From assembly GCF_030684315.1 (NCBI RefSeq), contig NC_081374.1, forward strand, positions 31,036,630 to 31,100,629: 64,000 nt of DNA, in the 5' to 3' direction. The notes under the pieces are model-generated. The model searched no databases, was not told the DNA's origin, and saw nothing but the letters and a program-made list of their open reading frames with translations. This document shows positions 38,626 through 50,221 of this stretch, piece after piece; the stretch's first letter is position 1, and the number at the start of each line of letters is the position of its first letter. Source of the DNA: Stegostoma tigrinum. Lineage: Eukaryota. Both the position numbers and the translations under genes were made by a program.

Positions 38626-39337
38626 TATATCACTTAACAGAACATAGATAGTTTGAAAAAATAAATGCTATAAAAAAGGATCTGCATTTATTTATATTTA
38701 TTCCTTCGTTCAGCAATGTGATTCCCTTTGCCAATTCTATGTTTGTATTGAATAAGACTTCATTTAAATTGTTGCCTGGTAAATACTAGAGAAGGGGACA
38801 AGTATGTCAACTGCCCACAGGGTAGAGCAGAGTCTCTCGTAAGGTGAAGTCATTTATGAATTTATTCTTAGATATCCAGAAAGGAAGTCGCATTTGTGAG
38901 GTGTATGATACACAATACATTTGCGACAATTCCGTTATAGCTATTAAGTTGCCTTTGCTATTTCTTGCAGTCAGTTAATGAATGGCTCAGGTTTAATTGA
39001 AGAGAATAATCTGAGTAATGCAGGTTAGTATGTATCCACAAATTAGTCAGCAATTGGTGATGTGTAAGAGATAACTGTCTGAATCGTGATGCTAACAGCT
39101 ACATCTCACCCTAATTTCACAATTTTCATGAAGTTTCTAAATTTGTATATTAATTGACCATTGGACTGTATGAATATCATTAGCAGTTTGCGCGAGATTG
39201 GAACAGATGAGGACTGGATACAATTTAAATACTAATGTGGCATGCTAAAATTTTAGAACAGTAAATAATTTCAAAACAGTGCAAAGCTAATTTAAATAAA
39301 CATGCAATTATTTTTTAAACGACCATTAAAAATGTAG

Positions 39338-40900
39338 ACAAAAACTAAGTTGCTGGAAAAGCTCAGCAGGTCTGGCAGCATCCGTGAGGAAAAAAGGTCA
39401 GAGTTAATGTTTCGGATTCGGTGACCTTTCCTCAGAGCTCTTGGTGGCTGAGAAAATGTCAGTTTATAAGCAGAAAATAGGGAGAGGGGTGGGGTAGGGA
39501 GTAAATGATAGGATAGAACCTAAAGAGAAAGAAGTACAGTTGGACAGACAAAGGAGTTGATAACAATCAGGCTGGGAGGGTGAATTGTTATAAATGGGAC
39601 TATTAGTGACTAACAACAGGTGGTGTGTAATGGCAGGCTATGTGGTAACTAGGCCTGGTGTGTGGGGTATTGGGGTGGGACATGGGAGAGTTTAGGCTGT
39701 AAAATTACTGAACTCAATATTGAGTCCAGAGGGCTACAGGGCCCTCAAGCGGAAAATGAGGTGTTGTTCTTCCAGCTCGTGTTGAGCTTCGCTGGAACAC
39801 TGTAGCAAGCCAGAGACAGAGATGTTGGCCAGGGAACAGGGTGGTGTGTTAAAGTGGCAGGAAACAGGTAGCTTAGGGTGTTTTTCTTGTAAGCAGAATG
39901 TAGATATTCTGCGAAGTGATCACACAATCTACGCTTCGTTTCCCCAATGTAGAGGAGACCGCATTGTGAGCAGCGAATGCAGTAGACCAGATTCTGGGAA
40001 GTGCAGATGAAGTTTGGGCTCTTGGATACTGAGGAGACAAGAGGTGAATGGGCAGGTTTCAGGGGAAGGTGCCGGAAGGCTATGGGGAGGTGTTGCGGGT
40101 GAAGGAAGTGTGGACCAGGGTGTCCCGGAGGGAACAGCCCCTGCAGAAGGCCGTCAAGGGAGGGGAGGGGAATATGTGTCTGGTGTAGCATCTTGCTGGA
40201 GGTGGCGGAAATGGCGTCTGATGATCTTCTGGATGTGATGCTGGTGGGATGGTAGGTTTGGACAAGGCAAACCCTATCACTGTTGCAGGAGGGAAGAGAG
40301 GGGTTGAGGGTGGATGTGCAGGAGATGGGTCGGACCCAATTGAGGACGCTGTTGACAAAGGTGCTGGGGAATCCTTGGTTGAGGAAGAAGGTGGACATTT
40401 CGGAGGCACCCTTATCAAAGTTGGCCTCATCTGAACATATACAATAGAGGCGGAGGAACTGAGAAAATGGGATGGAGTCTTTAGCAGGGTGTAAGAATGT
40501 ATAGTTCAGGTTGCTGTGGGAATTGGTGGTTTGTAATGGATATTAGTGCCCAGTCTAGCCACAGAAATGGAAACAGAAATGTTGAGGGAGGGAAGGGAGG
40601 AGTCAGAGATAGACCAGGTGAAAGTGAGGGCAGGTGAGAAATTGGAGGCGAAATTGATGAAGTTTTCCAATTCCACATGAGAGAGGGAAGCAACACCAGT
40701 GATATCATCAATGTATTGGAGAAAGAGTTGTGGGTGGGGGCCGGAATAGAACTGGAACAAGGAATGTTCCAAGTACCCCATGAAGGGACAGGCATTACTC
40801 AGGCCTATGCGTGTACCCATGGCCACCCCTCATACCTGAAGAAAATGAGAGGCGTTCAAAGAGAAGTTGTTGAGGGTGAGGACGAGCTCGGCCAAGTGGA
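39338..40900 (-). mobile_element. Neptune-type PLE family B, 5'-truncated and frameshifted (RT plus GIY-YIG)
   Basis: AMGTR..., LQYIDD and LVYCIRCSQCGLLYIGETKRRL peptides. The 3' end matches the 20938 mini-element, with a decayed hammerhead near 39407-39435. Confidence 0.88.
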
Positions 40901-40914
40901 AGAGAGTGGTCGTG

Positions 40915-41535
40915 AGTGGGTAGCATCCCAAATTGTGTGTCAGTGAACAGGTTAATGCTGAGCAAGTACTGCTTGATAGCACTATTGATGGGACCTTCCA
41001 ACACTTTACTGATGATCAAGAGTAGAACTGATGGCCTTTGCAGTATTCAGCCATTTCTTGATATCATGTGGGGTGAATTGATTTTTCTGAAGACTGTCAT
41101 CTTGGATGCTGGGGACCTCTGGAAGAGACTGAGGTAGATCATCCATCTGGCAATTCTGATGGAAAATTGTTGCAAATACTTCAGCTTTATCTTTTGCACT
41201 GATGTGCTGGGCTCCCCCTTATAGAGGGTCAGGATATTTGTGCAGCCTCCTACTCCTATTATTTATCTAATGGTTTACTGTCATTAGTGACTACATGTGG
41301 CAGGATTCCAGAACTGAGATTCAGTCCACTGTGGAACCTCAAGTACTGTGTTCCTCTTGATTCTTAGGCTTTTTCTCATGCAAATAGACCTGTTTTATAG
41401 CTTCACTCAGTTGACTCCTCATTTTCAGGTATACTTCCTGGACTCTTCCTTGAAACAGGCTTGATCCATGATCCAGGTTACAGATTGTAGGCAAATACAA
41501 TTCTGCAGCTGCCGATGGCCAACAGTCCCCATGGA
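40915..41535 (-). mobile_element. Decayed CR1/L2-group LINE RT fragment
   Basis: IISKVLEGPINSAIKQYL..NLFTDTQFG peptide. Confidence 0.65.
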
Positions 41536-41689
41536 TGCAAAGTCATGAGCTGCTGGAGCTGTTCAAAATCTATCCCATTCAGCACAGAGATCGTATTACA
41601 CAATACATTGGAGGTCACATGTCTGGAGTGACCAGACAGGGTAGGAGTCATACCTGGCACAGAAAAATATGGCTACAGTTGATAGAACC

Positions 41690-42590
41690 ATCATGTCTCC
41701 AGGGCTTCTATACAAGACTTCTTCAGGGTAGTGTCCTAGGCACAAATATTCTCAGCTGCTCCATCAATGATCTTCCATCTATCATAAAGTCTAAACTGTG
41801 GCCATCTGCTGATGATTGCATAGTGTTCAGCGCTCTCCATGATTCAGGTGAATCTGAAGCAATCCAACTGCAGCAAGGCCTAGACAATATCCAGGCTTGG
41901 GCCACAGCTGGCAAGTAATATTCAAACCACATGCACCAGGCAATGAACATCTCCAACAAGAAAATATCTAACCAAAGGCACTTGACATCCATTGGCATTA
42001 CCATCACTGAATCAACATCAGAGGGCTTTCCATTTTCCAGAAACTTTTCTGGCCTTGCCAAATAAATACAGAGGTTACAAGAGCAGGTCAAATGTTAGGA
42101 TTACTGCTGTGAGTAACTCATCTTCTGCCTCTTCACAGCCTGCTTTCAATCTATAAGGCACAAGTCAGGAATGTGATGGAATAATCTCCACTTGCTCGAA
42201 TGGATGCAGCTCCAACAACACTCAAGAGGCTTGCCACAATCTAGGACAAAGCAGCCCACAAGATTTGCACCACATCTACAAACTTTCAGGAGTGTGTATC
42301 CTCTATGAGATGCATTACAGAAATTTATGAAAAATCTTTAGAAAGCATTTTCCAAGTTCATAATCACTGCCACCTGCAAGAGTAAGGGCAGCTGATACAT
42401 GGCAACACTAGTGTATGCAAGTCCGCTTTCAACCCACTCACCATCTTGACTTGGAAATATATTGTCGTTCCTTCCCTGGCTCCCTAATGGCATTGTCGTC
42501 TAACTAGATCAAAAGAGCTGCAGCAGTTCAAGAACGCAGCTCACCACCACCTTCTCTAGGGTAATGACGGGTGGGAAATAAATATTGAAA
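41690..42590 (+). mobile_element. Decayed CR1/L2-group LINE 3' half
   Basis: LQGSVLG...INDLPS...SADDC...LQQGLDNIQAWA. 3' end shared with 62985-63335. Confidence 0.8.
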
Positions 42591-43269
42591 TTTAAAATTT
42601 TCTGTAGGTTTGTAAATCATGGTGCATCTACTGAAATTGCTTGCTGATTTTCAATCACATACTTCCATAAACTACTACAACAAGGCCAAGCCATCCACCT
42701 CGATCCTCTCTGCCCTTTGTAATTGCAAGTCTCTGACAAGAAGACCCTCAGCATGTCTGGCCTGTCCAGACACAAAAGCCTCTGTTGTCACGGGACCAAA
42801 TGTTCATGACCAACAAGTTCTATTCCCAAGCAGGCCCACTCCAAACCTGCTGTGGAACCAAAGGGTACATTAAGACTTACTACAAGGGAGAGGAAGGTGA
42901 ACATTTTTTGAGGAGCTTTTGTTGATGTGGATGACAACGTAGTGTTTGTTATTTGGTATGGTTCAGTTAGGTACAACTATGTGAGCTGGATACACCTACC
43001 TTTCCTCTCTTCCCTCCCCCCCCCCCCCCCCCCCCCCCCATAAAATCAGATTCAGAAATCAGGCCTGGAGAGAAGTAAAACCAAAATTAAGTGATAACTT
43101 GCCTCTAAACACAACTTTCTGATGAATTCCACTGAGGCCATTGTGAAGTGGTTGCCACCAGAGGGGAAAACAAGGTCAGTGTTACTAAATCCCAATTCCA
43201 TAGCATGTTCCTGGCTCTTACCTGGTAACCAGCACTGTGGGCCTAGTCTATACTTTTCTTGTTTTGCTT

Positions 43270-43388
43270 GTTGATAGAAAAGGCTCGAAATATCACTTTT
43301 CCTGCTCCCCTGATGCTACCTGGCCTGCTGTGCTCCTCCAGCTCACGCTGTTATCTCTGACTCCAGCATCAGCAGTTCTTACTATCTT
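43270..43388 (+). mobile_element. Old family A-related PLE 3' terminus remnant
   Basis: cgaaatatcacttttcctgctcccctgatgct...ctccagcatcagcagttcttactatct. Confidence 0.6.
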
Positions 43389-44403
43389 ATTGGCAAGATC
43401 TGCTGCTTTACGTTTTTAATAGTCATTTTTTAAAAAACATGCTTATTTAAATTAGCTGTGTATTGTTTTGAAATTAATCACTTTTGTGCCAAACATTATC
43501 TTTCTAAAATTTCTTCACCCGAGTGCAAGAACATTTAGAATGTGCTCTTCCCATGCAAAAATGTTGGACACGACTGTATTACATAAACTTGCTAATTATA
43601 TCTTGTAATTAGCAATGTGGTATGTTGCCTTTATGTTTAATTGCTTTGGTGGACTTGAGTTTGAGAAGTTGTGGATATGTAGGTACCTAAATTGGTTTCT
43701 TTTAAAAGAGTCCATTGAAAGGATAATGGAACTTCTTTTCTTTAATTCGGCAAATCTTAGAGCCCCTATATTTCCAGGAGATTATCAGGCATCGTTGCTC
43801 GAACTCAGTTCAGGAAATAAAAATCTGGCATTTTGCAACTGGGCTTATGACTTTTCTGCTTGAAGAATGTTTTGCAGGCTTGGAATTTCAGTTGTGGGTG
43901 CCTGATCTAAAAAGGAGCTGCTCAGCTGATGTCTCCTGTTTCTGAAGCATACTTGAGGTGAATCCAGTCTGAAACATGATTGTCCTCCTGAAAATTGACT
44001 GGAACACTTCATAATACTATGTTTCCTGAGTAAGGTATGTCTGCAAATATCCCAGAGACAGCTGATTATGTTTTGTGAGCCTGTCTACTGCTGCCAGAAT
44101 ATTCACATGACATCTTTATTCTTCTTACATTCAAGAACGAAGACTGTTTTGAAAAAGTGTGTATTTTCCAAATTGATTGCCTGCAGAGTAAAATATCATT
44201 TTCCCATTGCCAATTTATGTTTGTCTATACCTTGAGTTATTTAGAGAGGTAATCTATATTTTTATGTCGTAAACTAAGTGTTACCCAGTTTTAAAGCGGA
44301 TGAGCTTATTAATGAAACTAGTTGAGTGTTTTGTTTTAAGTAGAATGTAAGTGGAGCAATTGTTTGACCAAGTTTGGAACCAGGCAAAACCATTAAATAT
44401 AAG

Positions 44404-45343
44404 AGATAATGGGAACTGCAGATGCTGGAGAATTCCAAGATAATAAAATGTGAGGCTGGATGAACACAGCAGGCCAAGCAGCATCTCAGGAGCACAAAAG
44501 CTGACGTTTCGGGCCTAGACCCTTCATCAGAGAGGGGGATGGGGAGAGGGAGCTGGAATAAATAGGGAGAGAGGGGGAGGCGGACCGAAGATGGAGAGTA
44601 AAGAAGATAGGTGGAGAGAGTATAGGTGGGGAGGTAGGGAGGGGACAGGTCAGTCCAGGGAAGACGGACAGGTCAAGGAGGTGGGATGAGGTTAGTAGGT
44701 AGCTGGGGGTGCAGCTTGGTGTGGGAGGAAGCGATGGGTGAGAGGAAGAACCGGTTAGGGAGGCAGAGACAGGTTGGACTGGTTTTGGGATGCAGTGGGT
44801 TGGGGGGAAGAGCTGGGCTGGTTTTGTGGTGCAGTGGGGGGAGGGGACGAACTAGGCTGGTTTAGGGATGCAGTAGGGGAAGGGGAGATTTCGAAATCTC
44901 CCCTTCCCCTACTGCATCCCTAAACCAGCCTAGTTCGTCCCCTCCCCCCACTGCACCACACAACCTGCCCAGCTCTTCCCCCCCACCCACTGCATCCCAA
45001 AACCAGTCCAACCTGTCTCTGCCTCTCTAACCGGTTCTTCCTCTCACCCATCCCTTCCTCCCACACCAAGCTGCACCCCCAGCTACCTACTAACCTCATC
45101 CCACCTCCTTGACCTGTCCGTCTTCCCTGGACTGACCTATCCCATCCCTACCTCCCCACCTATACTCTCTCCACCTATCTTCTTTACTCTCCATCTTCGG
45201 TCCGCCTCCCCCTCTCTCCCTATTTATTCCAGCTCCCTCTCCCCATCCCCCTCTCTGATGAAGGGTCTAGGTCCGAAACGTCAGCTTTTGTGCTCCTGAG
45301 ATGCTGCTTGGCCTGCTGTGTTCATCCAGCCTCACATTTTATT
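44404..45343. mobile_element. Family A PLE palindrome with spacer-less centre
   Basis: Centre gagatttc|gaaatctc at 44892/44893. TSD accattaaatataag at 44389-44403 and 45344-45358. Tail on the left. Hammerhead motifs at 44503-44530 (-) and 45255-45282 (+). Confidence 0.93.
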
Positions 45344-46374
45344 ACCATTAAATATAAGTTTTGGCCATGGAATAGCAGGATTAAAGAAAAACAGTGCACT
45401 CTCCCTTCTCAGGCATAGAAAAGAATGTCAATGTGATCTTTTTCAATGGTTGTCAATCAATCCCTTTTACCTAGAAATTGAACAATTAAACACGGGTGAA
45501 TGTCTCCTTACGGTTGTGAATTGTTTTATAATATGTATAAAAGTGTAAAATCTGAAATAAAAAAGATATTTTTATGCTTGTCAAAAGCAAATTATTGCAA
45601 ATGCTAGAGACCTCAAATTAAAATAGAAAGTATTGGAACGCTCATCAGGTATGGAAGCATCTGTGGAGAGAATCAGAACTAATATTTCAGCCCATATGGC
45701 TTATTTGGATGACCTCCTCATCTCCATTTACTAGCTTCTCTTTTCACAACTTTTCTTTCATAACCCAATTTTTCTTTCCACTCTATGTCCTTTCTCTTCA
45801 TTGTTCACTTCTCACTCCAATCCATCAGAAGCAAACTGTAATTTAAATAAAAGGAGATTTTTATTTGGACCGAAATGTTTGTTTTAGAAATGTTTTTGAA
45901 TGCCTCTAAGGCCGAGAAAGAGGGGACATAGGTTCTCAAATCTGACACTGGGAAACTTAATGATAGAGGTCATTGGAAGGAGGAATATCCTATATCTGCA
46001 GAGGAGATCGCCACTTGCCCTCCATCAACAACAGCTTCTAAGCTTGGTTCATGTCCTCCTCCATTCCTCATCCAATCCAAGAGAGGCCCTCAGTAGTATT
46101 CCATGACAAAATATTCCCATTTGCCCAGTTGATTCCCAAGACATAGAATGGCACATCCATTTTATATGAAATCCTGAGAGAACTCCCAGAAGGAATATTG
46201 TTAGAATTTTGGGTATTTGTTGAAAAGGATCATGGAAAATTAACCAGTTGCTGCAGAGATCTTCTTAATGGTTATGACGAAGGTTCATGATCTGTAAATT
46301 TGTGTTATTATTTGGAAACTTGTGTTCCACTGTTGACAGAATCACTTGGATATTTTTGAGTTCAACTTTCTTTT

Positions 46375-47252
46375 CTGTATGAGTGAAGGAGCATATGATT
46401 TTGTTTCATGCTTGTATTCTGCATGTGGTATAGGGGTGTGTGTAAGTATGTTTACATGCATTTAAATGAGGCATTTGAAACAAAATTGAGGTGAAACATT
46501 CCCTGCTTTAGAAAAACAAGTGTAGAAGAGAGAGAAAAAAATGGGCAATGGCCTAGCAACAAGATTTCCTATAAGATAGGGAGAAAGACAAAAAAAGAAC
46601 ATTTTGCTTTGGTAAGGGAGAACCAAAAGTCAGTGGGTGTGCAGGTTTCTTTCAGATAGAAGTCATTCAGACAAACAAGGTCCTGTAAGAGCAGTAATAC
46701 CATTCAGCAGTGTCCAGAACAGTCTGGCAGAAGAAAAGTTGTCCTGAATGGTTTAATATCAGTCAGTGAAAATACTAAAGCAGCAAGTCATGGAAAAGAA
46801 GGTTAAGGAATCAGATTAAAAAATAAGTGAGATGTGTTAGCTGCCTGTTTAAGAGATATTAAGGAAAGAAGCTTACATTGAGGGACTTCAGACATTTACC
46901 AGAAATAAAGTAACTGCAGCTATCGAAGGAACCTTAAAGTGGAAAACAAGTGACCCTAACTGAGATTTGATTATCAGTAACATTGTGACTGAGAGTAAAA
47001 GAGTTGCATCTTTATTTCTGATACTTGTAATATGTCTGTTTCTACTGGTACATGAATAGTGTAACATAATTTCTCTTTTTGTGTGTTATAAATTTTGATG
47101 TTCTTTTTGTTAAAAGTACATTGGCAGACTCTTGAGAACATGTTTAGTGACTGAATGTGACAGTAACCAATTTCAAAAATTAAACTTTGAATCAGCCAGG
47201 TTTCAGTCTTGAATTTGACATGATTAGCATTACCAACAGCTGGAATCCTAAC
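46375..47252. mobile_element. Possible solo LTR-like repeat
   Basis: Non-coding block ending gctggaatcctaaca; a similar terminus occurs near 54385-54400. Boundaries uncertain. Confidence 0.25.
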
Positions 47253-48724
47253 ACAGCTCTAAAAGAAAGTGAATATGAATATCCATTTAAGTATTGCTAG
47301 AAAACAACATTGGTGTTTTGTTCACTCCCAAACAGCTAGTTGCTGTTAGGAGTGGATGTTAATTCAAGTGCTAGCTGCCAACATGCCATGCCACTTCCAT
47401 GATGAATGCTGCAGGCATTTTAATAGCAATCTGCCCCTTAGTGGCCCCTGGGCAGGACTGGGCAGCTCAGCTTCAATTCCTTAATCAAGGTACTTGCTCT
47501 AATATGGTATAAACAAATGGATCAGCTTAAAACCCTATTCTGAGAATCTTCACAACACAAGTATGCTGCTGAATATTGCCTCCATTATTTCAAGAAATCT
47601 TAGTTTCTTATTGAAATGTCAGGAAAAGCTGTACCTTAAGTATAAACAGTGAATATTATTAATATAGTTGTTTTCCATGTTTCTTGGAAACAGCCCAAAG
47701 TATTTTCACACAATAATTTGAAATGCAGTAGCTGTTTTGTGCTTGTTACTATAGCACTTATATTACTGAACTAAAAGTCTAGTATCTTGAACTAATGATA
47801 CAGAAACATGAGTTCAAATTCTGCCAAAACAGTACCCAATTTTCACAACCATACCCAATTTTCACATTTATCTCACAGTGATGAAAATATGAAGCATATA
47901 ACAGCATAGTTTTTCAGCAGCAGTGAGTTTGGAATTTACTGAAGGGCTCTGACCACACTCCAGCTGCCCCGTTCCTACAAGGAGACAGGGTGATGCCCTT
48001 AGAAATCCAACCAGAAGGGCAGCTGTATGCAGGGTCCCGAGAAATATTTTGTCAGAACAATCCAGAGGCTCCAGATACTTCTACCTCCACTCTATCTGTG
48101 ATTTCCAACACATTGGACAAGGGTGAACTTGCATCTGACTGCTACACACTGGTCTGTCTGGATCCTCTTGCCTCAAAGCTATCTAGCTAAAACTCCAAGG
48201 CCAACATGCTCCACCCGAGGTGCCAACTTCAGGAATGCACCCAGATGTGGTGGGAGCTAAAAGAGAAACTTACCAAACATAGAATCTCACCTTGATGAGT
48301 ATGTTCACAATTTATGTCATCACCTGTTTGATGAACCATTATTTTAGCTGCAGCTATATGAATGAAGCTGGGATGACTCCCTTCCTTTATGCCACACCAT
48401 TGTAGAAACATATCTGATAGAGTGTTATGCTTGTCATAATGCCCATTGTAGCACAATGTCTTGTCGTGCTGGCTTGTGGGAACATCAGATGTTGTGAAAC
48501 CTTCCAACAGTTGTTAATGTTAACCTTTATTACGCCACAAGAAAAGCAAAGAAAGAACAAACTGAAAAGCTGTATTTACATTTGGGAATAAACAGAGGCT
48601 GCTTGCCTATCCAGCATCAACAAATTTACAATTGATCAATGAATGATGACTTCACCTAACTCAGTTCCATTGGGAGCAGTTGTCAAATGAGCACTGTCTG
48701 GATTGTTGTGCCTGATATTGCTAC

Positions 48725-49240
48725 ATTCTATCATGGCTAATTATCCAACTCATTGTCGTATTTCTCTCCATATGCTTTAGCCTTAAGAACTATATTTAAC
48801 TACTTGTTAAATACATTCAATGTTTTGTCCTCAACTGTTTTCTCTGGCAGAAAAAATCACTGGCTCCCCACTTACTGCGTGAAGAAAATTTTCCTCATCT
48901 CAATCCTGTATGGCCGAACCCACATACATACATTATGCCCACTGGTCTGGACGCCTTTTGTCATTGGGATAAACCTTACTGCTTTTACCCTGTCTTTCCC
49001 TGTTAGAATTTCATAGATTTCAATAAGGCCTCTCTCATTCTTCTGAACTTTAGTGAGCAGTGTCCTAACCAATCCAGTCTTTCTTATCTGTTAGTTCTAT
49101 CATTCCAGGAATTAGTCTGGTAAGCCTTTTGTTGCACACAGTCCATAGTCAGAACATCTTTCCTCAAATAATAAGACCAAAGCTCCAGCTGTGATCTTAT
49201 AACAAAACCTTATACATTTTCAGCAAGACACCCCTGCTTC
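48725..49240 (-). mobile_element. CR1 LINE 3' fragment
   Basis: RGLIEIYEILTGKDRV...RIEMRKIFFTQ peptide. Confidence 0.8.
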
Positions 49241-49299
49241 TTTTCTTCCCTGGCTTACCAAACATACCCTTCCTTCAGCATAACTCTCTTTTTTCCTCT

Positions 49300-49535
49300 T
49301 TTTCTGGGCACCCTCTCCACCTAACTACTCACTGCTTCCCCCCTCCTGCCAAACACTCATGTTAATCATAAATATCATCTTTTCCTAGCTGCTATCAGTT
49401 CTGAAGAAGGGTCACTGGACTCACAATGTTAACTCTGTTTTCTCTCCACAGAAGCTGCCAGACCTGTTGATTTTCTCCAGCAATTCTGTTTTTGTTTGTT
49501 TCAGATCTCCATCATCAAAAGTTATTTGTTTTATT
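49300..49535 (+). mobile_element. Family B PLE 3' end with decayed hammerhead
   Basis: cagtt-CTGAAGA-agggtcactggactc-acaatgtt-aactc at 49396-49435, followed by the family B terminus. Confidence 0.7.
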
Positions 49536-49907
49536 TTTAAGGTTATGTAGTTGAAATCAGGATGGTTGTGACTGTCAATGACACTGCTCCACCTCTCTGC
49601 AGTTTGCCATGCCCTTTAATGCTCTTTATTGCCTAACTATCGAGTTGTACCTCTTCAAAGTAAATGCGCCCTCTTCATCTCATTTCCTAAACTCCAATCC
49701 CCACATTTGGTCTTCCCAAGTTCTCCAACACAAGAGTAGCCCCCATAATCCCCCCCCCCCCCACCCTGCTTAACTTGCATACAGAACTCCAGCGGACTGA
49801 CTGTGATCCACTGTCCTGACCAACCTGGAATGATAGCCCTGACTGATGACAGACCAGACTCTTGCCTGATCCTTGTGGTCGCCACCCCTGGTTGACCTGT
49901 CCCTTTG

Positions 49908-50221
49908 AATTGAATCCCGATACTGTGGAGATATGCCCTTTGGCCCAACAAGCCCATACTGATTCTCAGAGCATCCTCACCCCACCCAGACCCATCCCCC
50001 TTTAACCCGCCTAATCCACACATCCCTAAACACTATGGACAATGTAGCATGGCCAATCCACCTAGCCTGCACATCTTTGGAATGTGGGAGGAAACCGGAG
50101 CACCCAAAAGAAACCCACACAGACATGTGGAGAATGTGCAAACTCCACACAGTCATTCGAGGGTGGAATCGAACCTGGGTCCCTGGTGCTGTGAGGCAGC
50201 AGTGCTAACCGCTGAGCTACC
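49908..50221 (-). mobile_element. HE1-type V-SINE
   Basis: Reverse complement of the 14392 SINE. Confidence 0.88.

Noticed and set aside
32821-43039. Poly-G (32821-32846) and poly-C (43016-43039) tracts
   Set aside because: Simple homopolymers of uncertain length; no evidence of function.
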